Source: Camelus dromedarius
Lineage: Eukaryota
Assembly (NCBI RefSeq): GCF_036321535.1
Contig: NC_087436.1
Span: forward strand, 30,878,001-30,942,000
Length of the DNA stretch: 64,000 bases
Reading direction: 5' to 3'
Shown here: positions 38,554 to 50,416 of the stretch, piece by piece
How positions within the stretch are numbered: the first letter of the stretch is position 1
Layout of the letters: each line of letters opens with the position of its first letter
Translations under genes and position numbers: made by a program
The notes under the pieces: generated by a model
What the model was told of the DNA's origin: nothing
What the model saw: only the letters and a program-made list of their open reading frames with translations
Databases searched by the model: none

Positions 38554-41093
38554 TGTTAAAATCATTAGAGACAATTTAGATGATATAAACAAATTTTATT
38601 TAACACTTCATGAAGTGTACTGTCTTATTTCAGAGAACTGCAAAAAGGGCAGAAGGCAAGAAATTTTTATAGGATAAAGAATAAAGAGCAAGGAAGAGGA
38701 AAATAGAAAATACCTGATTGGCTGAGACCACATAGTCAACCTTTAGGGTGAGAAGACCCAGAGGGGACTTGGCTTGTGGGGATTGGCTGACTGGATAGTC
38801 TATGCTTCCGGTTAAAAGAAGCATTTACAGGAACACAAAAGTTACCTAAGTTTCGATTTGCTGACTTAGCTGTGGCTCTGTTTGGGACCTAGGAAGTTAT
38901 TTCAACAGTCCCCTGTTTTGATCAGACCATTCAAGAGGTGTGATCAAAAATATTGGTCTTAGCATGATTCTTGATTACCATTGCCTCTTCAGGTTTCAGG
39001 GAAGTAGTCACAGAGACCTAGGAGAACTGACTCTGGTAAGTAATCTCACCCTTCTGCCAGTTTTCTCAGGATCTCATCTGTAGGGTCCCAAGAGAAAGGG
39101 GTTCAAAGTATGGAGGACAGTCCTGGTATATACCAGATTTTGGCAAGGTTTTCTATTAATTTTTATTTCCATTTTAGCTTTCCTTGGCTGTTTAAGGGAA
39201 TAATGGATAGCAAGTTACTGAAGAATCCCTCAGAGTCCTGTCAGCCCTGGGAGGGGCCTCTATGGGGACCCTCCTTTGAGGTGAATCTGTAAAGCCACTA
39301 ACTTGGCAGATTTTTGTTTACAGTCTGGTAGTCTCTTCAGAGAAGAAAGGCAATTCAGATAAAGGTTTAGTAGAGTGAGTATTCAAGTAAAGGAGGATAG
39401 AATGAAGTAATCATCACTCTTCTAGTCCTGTTTTAGGTACCTCTTGTATCTGATTTTTCATTAGCCTTTTGCAATGAATCATTCAATGAAGTTTTTTTTG
39501 TTTGTTTGTTTGTTTTTAACTCTGAAGCCTTTTGGATGCTTCTGTGTACTAATTATGCAGAAGCTACCCCATTCTGTTTATTTGAGGAGCCCCTGCATTT
39601 AAGTACACTTCTTAAGTGAACCATCTTGCCTCCTTGGAACTTTTTCCATGATGTTCATTATAATTCTGGGTTGTCTTACTAAAGATTTTGCCATTTCTGC
39701 AGATATCTACAACTTCCAGGACCACAGTTCTTAGACATAAAATAAGTAGGTGTGCCAGAGGGTAACACCCTCAATTCTTTGAAGGCTGTGGATCCCATTT
39801 CTTTAGCTAAGCCTTGGGTCTCTTAGAGCCAGTATTACCTCAGAGGGAGGTTCCCTTTGAGGGTTGGGGGGTTTGTGGTGTTTTATAGTGTACCTCACTG
39901 CATGGAAATTCTCTTAAGGTTGGTGGATGATCCACTGTCAATCAAACTCATTCTGTGACCAACTTATCATAGCTCAGGGATTTTAAAGTCAGGTAGTGAG
40001 TGTTCTAACAGCTTTTAAGCACTTGACCCAGGCCCACCAATTTTTTATCTTTGGCTTCCAAGATTCCCATTTGCAACAGATCTATTATTCCTTTCATGAG
40101 AATATTTATTTATAGTGTTGGACACCCTAATGGCTTTTAGTAGTATAGCTTGTGCTTACTTAGATTTTGACTGTTAGTCAAAACAGACCAAATTCCTTGT
40201 CTTCATTTATTTTCCCAAGCCCCTCAGTGGTTTATGCTGTGGATTTACCTCAGGGCTTTGTGAGTCCCTCGGTGGCTATCACACGCTGCAAACTCCCAAT
40301 ATAACTATCTTGGAATCCTTCTGGGGCCCCAGACACTTTCTGGGGAGTTTGTTTTGATCAAAGAGCAGCATGCTAGAGGACAGAGCTAAAGTCCAAGACT
40401 GACTTACCCCTGGCCCTTAGTAACAGTGAGAGAAACAGTGAACTCAAAGGGATCAGCTGGCACCATGCCTGTGCACCTCCTGGACCCATAGGCCATTAGC
40501 ATTCAGCTTTGGGTCTCACTCCTGGTCACTAAAAACTGTTTAAAAAGGATGAAAAAGCAACATAAGTGATACAAACAAACTATATAACACTTCATGAAGT
40601 GAATCCTCTTCTTTTGGAGAACTTCAGAGTGGGGCAGAAGGCAAGAAACTTTTATTGAATAAAGAATAAGAAAGAGAAAAAATAAAATATCTGATTGAGG
40701 CCATATAGTCAACCTGGTTTTGGGTGGGAAGACTCAAGAGTCATCTGGGGATGGGCAAGGAGTGCAAACGGGAGAGTCCATCCAGAGTCCAAACTGTAAG
40801 TTCGTTGGTTGAGGATGGGGAGGGATTCGTGTTACATGTTCATTGGTCAGGAGATAACTCTCAGTCTTCTGTAAATCAGGAATTTATGTGAAATCAGTCT
40901 CTCAATTCTTAAAGCCTATTTTTCTGAGGGTGCATGCCTGAGATTCTCCTTTTCAAACCCTGTGGTTCCATTTTAGATTGAAATCCTTTCACTCTGATCA
41001 CGAGGAACATTTGCAAGGACATAAGTTGTGGTTTGCTGACGTGGATCCCCAGCAGAAGCAGTACCATGTTGTGCCTAGAAAGTTATTTCGACA
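38554..41093 (-). mobile_element. Internally deleted ERV1-type provirus (LTR - 1.6 kb internal - LTR)
   Basis: Two homologous LTRs, 38554-38907 and 40537-41093 (shared aacacttcatgaagtg, gggcagaaggcaagaaa, atagtcaacct, aagttatttc[a/g]aca). PPT AAAACAGGGGAC at 38919-38908; PBS-like tagtgaccaggag just below 40537; TSD ctgc/ctgg. Confidence 0.85.
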
Positions 41094-41659
41094 CTGGAAA
41101 TGTAAGTAATAGACATACTTGAGGCTGGAATAACTGGATTTGACAGTAGCATGAGATGCTCTCCCACTGTGTCTTCTTCATGTAAAACTACAAAAATAAT
41201 TTCTCTCTCCCAGTTGGTGATACACTTCAACAACTAGAAGGTGCTTAATGCCCTTGACCCTCCCATCACTCCAAGAATAATAATGATAATGATATGGATC
41301 AAGGGCACTATTAACCACAGTACTGTGGGCTAGATGCTTCGGGTGCACGTGAAAGATTAATTCCTTCTGAATTCACATAATAGGCTCATTTTGGATTCTC
41401 CCCGTTTTTTTTTGACTGCAACTACTGCAAGCAAGAGAAGTGAGCCTTGCTCCTGTATTGCCCAGGAAGTAGAAGTGACATGTGTCTGGATTCCCTCTTG
41501 TAAACTGTTTTTGAACACTCTGTCCTTTATAGGTAGTAAAATAATAATAAAGTGAGCATTTTAAATTTCTAAGTTATTTATATTCATCATTTTATTTAAT
41601 CCTCATTAGAAAATGGTAGTATTATTATTTTTGCATTTTAAATAATAATGATTACTAAC

Positions 41660-42125
41660 CTATACTGAGTATTTAATATAGGCTAGGCGCTTCTATGAAC
41701 TTTACATGTGTTAACTGAATGTATCTGAAATAATTCTAGGAGGAAGTACTATTGTTATTCTCAGTACTAGTTATCATAAAGCAGTGTTTCATAGTGGTCA
41801 TGAAAAATGTGGACTCTGGACCCAGACTAGGTTTCAAAACAGGCTTTAAGTCACTTACAAGTTATGTGACCTAGGTAAGTTACTTAAGCTGCCTTTTCTT
41901 TTGTTTTTTCATCTGTAAAATGAGGACAAAAATAATGTCCTTTTTTTTCCATTGCTTTACACATTAAATGAATGAATATGGAGTGCTCTAAACAATGACT
42001 GCCATATAGTAAGTGCTTAATAAGTATTATTTATTAGCTATAAAAGAAGAAATTGAAGGGCAGGAGAGTAAACAACTTTCTCAAGGTCAAACATGCAGAA
42101 TTGGCCTTAGAATCCAGATCTCTCC
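41660..42125. mobile_element. MIR (+, about 41780-42035) nested within an opposite-strand MIR
   Basis: ggactctggacccagact...gtgacctaggtaagttacttaa...catctgtaaaatgagg, flanked by minus-strand MIR halves (...gaagaaattgaagg...tctcaaggtca). Confidence 0.65.
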
Positions 42126-43049
42126 ATCTTCAAAGTGATAATGGCAACCACTAAGCTGTGCTATTTTGTGGTTCTAAGGCTTTTCCTGCTCTGGGAAGGC
42201 CTGGGGTTGAATGAATGTACCAACTTTGTTCTAATCTCAAGGAAAAACACTTCTTTTTCCATGAGTTCAGAATTAGGGTATGGGCTTGGGGAAAGAGACC
42301 AAAGACTCAAGATAGAGTGTTAAAAAGAATCATCATAGCCCACATACTCTCCATCCCAGACTGATTCAGTAGGGATAAGAACTTTACATTGGAGTTCAGG
42401 ATGAAAAAAAAAAAAAAGTAATGTAATTTGAGATAGTAGCTCCAAATACCCTTTTGCATTTCAGTTTGTGGTTAGTTAGTTACTTAGGAATTTAGAATCC
42501 TGTTAAATCTCCTCTTTCTGATGATACAAAAAAAAAAAATTATCACACTAATATAATGAGCCCATTAGAGTATATAAATTGTGAGTTGGGGATTAATGCA
42601 AGTTTATTGAAAAAAAAAAAAAACAAAAGGAAGGAAGAAAAAGACAAAGAAAGACATTGAATGTTTTTCTATACAAGGTAGAGAAGCTTGGATTTAGCAT
42701 TATCATACTATTCAATGAAACCTGTATTCCATCAAACTGAACTGTATTTAATTTCTCAAATAATTCACGCATTTCTGTACTTTATTACTACAACCCATTT
42801 GTCCAGAGTGGAATCATCTCCCCTTGTACATACAGGCATCGTATTCACCATTCATGACCACCAGTCTAAGCTCCTTGAGGGTGAAAACTGTGTTACCTTC
42901 CAGGTATTCATAATACCTAATAAGTGGCTGGCAAATAGAAGAAACACAATGCTGTTATTGAGTGAATGCTTAGTTCAAGTAACATTTCATCTGTGAATTG
43001 TGTTCTAGAATTTTAAATTGAAATGACCTTAATTAGGTGCCACTGCATT

Positions 43050-44070
43050 TTTTTCCACCTTTTCATTTAGGTACATTATAAATATAGTGTTTTAAGTGAC
43101 TAATTTTAAGTTGCAGCTCAAGGAGAAGTTTGAACATATACATCCCCACTTAATCACCCAGACCAAGATACAGTATATTTCCATTACCCTATAAATTTCC
43201 CCTGGGTCCCTTCCCAGTCTGTGTGTCTTCCAGGGCAATCACTATTCTAAATTTTATCACAATTCATTACTTTTGCCCAGTCTTGAACTTTACATAACTG
43301 AAATCATATAGTAGATTCCCTTTTGTTCTGGATTTTTTTTCTTTTTCAGTCACTAAAACATCTGTGAGATTCATCCATGCATATCTAAGGTTAGCAAATA
43401 TTGCCAGTGTTCCAAAGTGATTGTATTTGTATACTCCTTCCAGAATATGGCAATGGTACAGTTTCTCCACTAGCTTGATAAAACTTGGTATTATCTGTCT
43501 TTTTAGATTCCACAATTTGGGTGAGTTTAGTGCTATCTCATTATGGCTTAATTTCCAGGACCTTGATGATTAATATTTTGAGGCCCTTTTTCATTTGCTG
43601 ATTTTTTTTTTGGCTACCCTTTCTTGTGAAATGAATTCCACTATGTGTGTGTGTTTTTAATATGATGATTTATCTTTCTTATTGATCTCTGGTAAGTTCC
43701 TTATATATTCTAGATATGTTTGTCAAACATTTGTAGACTTTTTTTCCTGTTCTATATTTTATAATTACCTCTATTGTGTCATTTTATAAAAAGAAATTTG
43801 GTGTTTTTTTAAAGTCCAAGTTATCCTTTGTCTTCCTTATATGGTTAGTACTTTTTTAATGCTACTTAAGAAATCTGTGTCTATAGAAAAGTAAGAAAGA
43901 CAATCTCCTGTGTTTTCTTCTTAAGGCTTTGTTGATTTACTTTTTTAACTTAGGACCATGATTCATCTTGAATTGATTTTTGTGTATGATGTGAGGTAGA
44001 GGTCAAAGTCCATTTTTCCACATGGATATCCAATTGCTCCAGCACCATTTCCCCAACTGAATTATAGGAT
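43050..44070 (-). mobile_element. Old L1 (L1ME-like) 3' fragment
   Basis: gagattcatccatgc; cttgaattgatttttgtgtatgatgtgaggtag; catggatatccaattgctccagcaccattt. Confidence 0.75.
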
Positions 44071-44429
44071 CTCTCCACATTTTTCTTCTGCTGCTGCCAT
44101 AGCAAGGTTTCCCCTTTGCTTTTTTTCCCCTCTTTTACTTTTTATTTTTTTATAACAGGTAATAATAGCATGGAGAGTTGGAATCAGTCTTTTTATCGTT
44201 CACGTACTGGCTGCATGATTTTAAACAAAATAATTTACTTTTTTGGCCAGCAGTTTCTTTTGCTAAAAACAAGGGCTCATGATTGAAGTGTGTAACTTCT
44301 AACTACTTTCTAGCTTTAATACTTTGTTTTTCTCTATGACCTTCAATAACAAATTGATGGTGTACAAATACATTCAGATATGCAACTTCAGACAGTAGGA
44401 TTTAAAGTCTCACCTTGGTTTAAATAACA

Positions 44430-44730
44430 CAAGTTCCAGTTATTTATCTAAAACCCTTGGGGCTAGATGTGCTTCATAATTTAGAAGTTAGCAAGTTTTG
44501 TAAGGTTAATTTGATGCAAATATTGTGTATTGTGTAATTCTCACAGAGCGGTTGGCACTCCGCACAGTAATCAAAACTTAATATATATGCAGTGAAATGT
44601 ATGAAGAAAGATAAACACTGTAAATAGTGATATCCATTTGGGAAATGTTCTATTAAAAATTAGTTTAAAAATATTTTTGGTTTTCATACTTCTGAATTGC
44701 AGAATTGTAGATAATGGATTTTGGACCTAT
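44430..44730 (-). mobile_element. MER46C-like TcMar-Tigger relic
   Basis: Ends ...cagaattgtagataatggattttggacctata; starts caagttccagttatttatctaaaacccttggggctagatgtg. Confidence 0.6.
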
Positions 44731-47700
44731 AGAATTATAGATTCATGATACATTCAATGAAACATTAATGACATTAGTTCTGGGCAAAATCTTAGCTAAT
44801 TTTCTTCAAATTTTACAGTGAAATTTTGTTATACTTGGTAGAATGTTTTCTCTTTGCCTATATAAAATATGCATTGGCAAATGTAGAATGACAGCTATAA
44901 AAATATCTAACAATATATGTACAATGACTTTTAAAATAATGTAAATTAAAATAGTAATAATGAAATCATAATTTAAATATTAGGTGTGAAATGCAGATCT
45001 AAATCAGATATGAATATCAATAATGTTATGGTATTTATACTCATACATATATTTAAAAATCTATGCCCATTTCAGATATATAACAGTAAATAGTTTCCAA
45101 GACCATGCTGTTTTCCTCTCTTGCTTAAAATGTTCCTTTCCAGTACTTCCTTGTTTGCCATGCCGCTGCTGCTTCCCTGTGTGCACTATTCATCAGTTAC
45201 TTTCTCCAAGACAAACACCTGTACATGAGGACCTTTCCTACTCAGCCTTGGAAAAGGACACAATCATGTTTAATTACTCCTAAGCTTTGGACATAATAGG
45301 GATCTAACAATTCCTACTAACCTCCAATTGTTATTTTAGATAGAAAAGAAATTAAACAATTTTTAAAAACTGCTTAAAGCCCTTCTCAGCAGAGCACTAT
45401 GGGAATTATAACAAACTCAGAAGCCAACACCATGGGGCTCTAAGTAATCCCCACAATGGAGTTCACAGCACATAAAAATACTAATAATTTTTTAGTTTGA
45501 TCAGTCTAATTTCTTTTCTATTTTGTTATGGATGGTAAGAAAGTAAGGTAGGTAACTGTAAATAATTATTTCACTATTTGCAGCATGTTGATGACATATA
45601 AAACCAAGTTGGCCTCCCTAAGATCAGAACATAAAATCTAGTTGAAGATGTTACAGAAAAAGAATCTTATCATCAGTCTGGGTATTTACCAGAGTAAGAA
45701 TAATTATTAAATATCTGAAGTCTTGTATAGCAATTATGCATTTAAAACTACTAGTTATGAAATATGTAGATCCAACCTTTACCAAACAAAAAATCTTTTG
45801 CTCCCTAAAATGTCTTAATTTAGAGAATTTAAAAATAAACATCTAAGCACTAGAGTACACTTAGTTTACTAAAAAAAAATTAAATATTTAGACAAGTATT
45901 AACAAGCATTAAGTTTATTCCTTTTAGAAAAGAACTCTTTAAGTCAAAAAAAGGGAAATTTAAAAAATTTATATGACTTCCCTAGAAATGCAATATACCT
46001 ATCTGACTATGATTAGAAGTCAAGAAATTATTTCAAAATTAAGATATGTCTTGACAAATAAATCAAGCATATTTATCTTCCAATGACTAAAATAATGGAA
46101 CTAAAAGAATTTGCTTAGTCAAATAGGAAAGTCACAAGTTGAGGTCTATAAACTAATAACTCTCAGACTATATCAAAAAAGCTTTCAAAAAATTATACTC
46201 CATGTAAGAGATTATAAGTAAAAAACAGTTTCTCGTTGTAACAAATTCGACTATATGAACAATTTCCTTAGACTCAAGGTTGCTACACACTAGAATGGAT
46301 TGTTATTCTTGAAAATAGTCTTGGAAGTATTCTCACATATTTGAGATAATGTAGTTCTGACTGAAGGAAGAAACCAACTAAATTTCTTAGGATCCTTCCA
46401 ACTGTATAGGACTACAATTCCAGTTACCCTTCAAATTGATAACTCAGTATGGTATCAAAGCTACATCTAAAACTCTGAGTATGTAAATGAAAGTATATTG
46501 ATGAATGAAGAAGTTCTTATTTTCAATAGTAGAACCTGACACAGCCTTTAATTTAGCACCCAAGTATACCTGGTTCAATACTTAGAACACAGATTTCATT
46601 AATGAAGTTTGATTGCATGTAAAAAGTATACTTGGTATAAGTCAAATTAGTGTGCATATGTCAATCTCCTAGAAGTAATAAGTTTCACAATCAATTCATC
46701 TTGAAATTTTCCAGAAGAAATAAGAATAGAAAATTTGCTGTATACCTCTCCTCAAACAAGGGAGGTAAAAGATGTTTAATGCAACTTGAATCTCTTCCTT
46801 TAACCTTAGAGATTTTTATACAATGACATCTCTTCTGAAGACAGATTGATAATAACTTATGACTTTGAGGTCTTAGGCCAGTCTCTGATACTATTGCCAG
46901 TCCAAGGAAAATTGTCTTTTGAATGACATCCAATCTAACCTTCAGCACCTAATCATTTAGAAGGCCCAGAAATCATAAAGTACAGATCATTAAGATAACT
47001 CAGATTATATATGCTCTTCTTTCAACCCCCCTTTTCTTAAAAAATCAAATCTATGCTTTAAGATTGATTTCCAAACTATATTAAAGAACTGAAGGTGAGT
47101 CAATGGGCTTTAATTTATGTTTCTACATAAAATTTTGTAACAAAAACATAGCAAGAATAATAAAACTTAGAAAAGCACTATGGATGTTTTATGGCTGTTA
47201 TTCTAAGTACATTTAGTACAGTTAAGAAAAATCATCTATGTTTTTAAAAGGTGGAAATATTGCCATTTATAGAAGGCAAATATATTTTTGTATTTTAATT
47301 GGTCTTTAAGAAAATCTTGCAAAATTGAAGATATATAACCTTCTATCCAGACACAATTTAAAAATAATTATTAAAGTATCACTTCACAGAACAGGTTTTC
47401 TCACTCACATATGTACGTGATGATCACAGATGGAGAAATGTCTAATGAAAATATTGAGTAAGAACAACTTCAAGGGTATTTCAAGGAAAGATACTTTAAA
47501 ATACATAGACTCACTATGAATTATTATTTTAATGTGGTTATTTCCATGGGAAAGTCAAAAGTCTCTGTCTTCTCATTTTTTCTTTGAAAAGAAAATGTTA
47601 TTTTAATGGGATAGATGCATAAATCCTTTTTAATGATATAGTTTCCTTCACAAATGGAATGATAGAATTCCGACTAGTATTCTATTAGTTTTACACTTCT

Positions 47701-48076
47701 TTTTAACACTGGTTTAGCCATAAATGTTGCCAAGGAAAGCTATTTTTATTGCCTAAAACACTACTTCATGGATTTTTTAAAATGGAAATTCATCTAAAGG
47801 ATTTGCTTCCTTATTTTACAAAGTATTAAAATTCCTGATAGCTTTCCTCTTTGTTTTGCTTGAATGCTTTATTTGAAACAAGTGGCATGCTATAAGGTAT
47901 ACAATTATCTTCAATGAATAATGAACGATCATGAAGATAAATTGCAACTATACCAATAGGAATTGGTAACTAGTATAGGAATTTGATTCTTGCCCAGAGC
48001 AACAGTTAAAGTTGAATTGAGTTGGTAGGAAGAAAATCCAAAGCAAGAAAATCAAATCTGAATTCTGGTTAAAGAC

Positions 48077-48799
48077 TGTTGGGGACATATAATTAAAAAC
48101 AAAATCTTCTCACAACCTAGAAATCCTCTCCACGAAGTTTATAGAGAAAGAAAACCCTTCTATTACTGAATAAGCATTACACCAGAATGCAGTTAGCATC
48201 TCAGGCAGTCAGCTAAGAGATTGCAAAGGCAAAAAGAAATGTTACTGTTTTATATAGCCAAGCAGATACAAACCATTATATCAAAAATTTTAACGTAAAA
48301 AATAACTAGTTCTCAAGTCAGAGGAATTGGCAACACCATTTGTCACACATTATTCATACTAACTTTACCTGGTAATTGTACTGACCTTCTGTGTTAGCTA
48401 ATTAGTTTTATCTGAAAGAATAACAAACTTCATTTTTATGACAAGAGATAGTTTTGCATCTTGGAGCAAGGTGGCCACCAAGAAGTCAGGCTCCTACTCT
48501 TCCACAGAAACTGAGAGATTAGGAGTCCGGTCTCCCTTGATGCTAGCATTTCTAGGAGATGGCTTTCAGGTTCGTGAGAAAAACTATCCTGGGGCATAAA
48601 GCTGACAAAAGGCCAACTAACAAAAGGCCTATTTAGTCTTCAAAAGGATTTATATACATTTGAAAGAGATAAGAAACTGCTGCAATTACAAGCTTCCTAA
48701 AATAAATGCTCTGAGAAAAAGAAAGGGAATGAAGTCTCTTCCCCCATTTTTAACAGGGAGAATTAAGCCTCTAGTTTTTAATTTATGTTTGTCCTTACA
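48077..48799 (-). mobile_element. MER39-like ERV1 solo LTR (723 bp)
   Basis: TG...CA termini (tgttgggg...ccttaca); TSD agac/atac. Confidence 0.7.
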
Positions 48800-48956
48800 A
48801 TACAAACTACTAAGGTTTATCTAAAATAAATCATACAAGAGAACTACTGATTTTATTCAAATTATAAAATTAAAAATTCAAAGCAAATGTTATTATCTCC
48901 TTGAATTCTTTTATATATGTAAATATTAAATCTTACATTTCTATAAAGGATGCTAT

Positions 48957-49953
48957 TGAAGGTGATCAGAATTTGCCTTACCAAAATATGCCTCTTTGAT
49001 ATAAGGATTTTTTTAGGCTGATTATTTTTAAGAAACAGCAGGCATAGGAAAAGCTCTGATAACTGAGTAGAAATTACTTGTTTTTGAGAGATATTTACAT
49101 TTATAAGGTAAATCTCTATTTGTAAGGATGTCTCCCTCTCTGTACCAGGAAGAGAAGGGACAGTAAAGCTCTACACCTCTGCAATGGAGAAGGCAACAAA
49201 CTAAATCTGCATAACAAACTTACCCTTGTTTACTGTGCTTTTCCTAATAGCCTGCCCCATAACATCTTTTGTCTTTACTGGACATTTGACTTAAAGGTGA
49301 TAGCATGGGCCATTTCAAGGAGTTATTCAGTTTTCCCAGGTGTCTCCCAGATATACAGGAGGTACACACATTATTAAACTTCTGTTTGCCTTTCTCCTGT
49401 TAATCTATCTTTTATTATAGGAGGAGGGGTATCTCAGCCAAGAACCTAGAATGGTATGTGAACAAAGAACAAAAGATCATTACTCACCACCCAGTTCTTC
49501 AAGGGTTAAGTCATAACATCCTGCAGTGGTCCACCCCTAGTGCAACCTGAGAGGGATTCAGGATGAAAAACAGGATGAGGCACTCTATGTTTTGAATAAA
49601 CAGGCCCTTAGATAGTTAGGTATGTATCTCAGGAAGAATTTCAGTGACCCCAGATTCTTGCATCTTCCCATACTTGGAAAAGCACTATATCATTAACTTG
49701 AGATATCTCTTCTTTGTAATTAGCAGCAAACTTTTACCAAGACTTTTACATAGATTTTCCAACCAAAAAATTCATATGTACACTGGCCTCTCCCCTACCT
49801 CTACAGAGCACTTCCTCAGAGTTAATTGAATACCTGTCTCCCAGGCTACAGTCCTCAGTAGGACCCTGGATAAAACTTAAACTCACAACTCTTATGTTCT
49901 GTGTTTTTCTTTAGGTCAACAGGTAGAAGAAAAATTATTTTTTATCCTCCACA
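48957..49953 (+). mobile_element. MER34-like ERV1 solo LTR containing a nested LTR
   Basis: tgaagg...ccaaaatatgcctctttg...; ends cctccaca; perfect TSD ctat at 48953-48956 / 49954-49957. Confidence 0.85.
49457..49921 (+). mobile_element. Younger ERV1-type solo LTR (465 bp) nested in the MER34-like LTR
   Basis: tgtgaac...gtcaaca; perfect TSD ggta at 49453-49456 / 49922-49925; paralogous to 107-582. Confidence 0.9.
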
Positions 49954-50376
49954 CTATCCCTACTTCTAATCATTGGCAATATTATTCTTAAATTGTATGT
50001 CTAAATATAGTTCAAGGATCCTTTGTTGTTCATGGATTTCCCATTGCCACATTCAGGAAAACTTATTTTAAGGAGTTATGAAAAGAAGGAAGCCAGCCTT
50101 TAAAAATTCTAATTTTCAAGACACAAACGAATTGGTTCTAGTTCCTCTGGGGTGGACACCAATTAGGTCTCAGAGATCCTGGACTGAATAGGATTCCCAG
50201 GATTGGATGGTTCCCATTTTAGTATGCCTTGCTAATCAAAGTATCAAAGGGTAAACTTTCCATCACTAATCAGATCTGAAGAAATATTAGATATTGACAA
50301 GTTATTTCCATTCACATATTTGATAAAATGGTAACTCAGGCTATTTAATTGACTTTCCCACAGCTTAGAACATGAC

Positions 50377-50416
50377 TAGTAACTGTATTTTTTTTCTTTT
50401 TAGTAACTGTATTTTT
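50377..50416 (-). repeat. 16-bp direct repeat flanking an 8-nt A-rich insert (probable poly(A)-only retrotransposition scar)
   Basis: tagtaactgtattttt at 50377-50392 and 50401-50416 around tttctttt; the minus-strand site reads TT|AAAAA. Confidence 0.6.
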
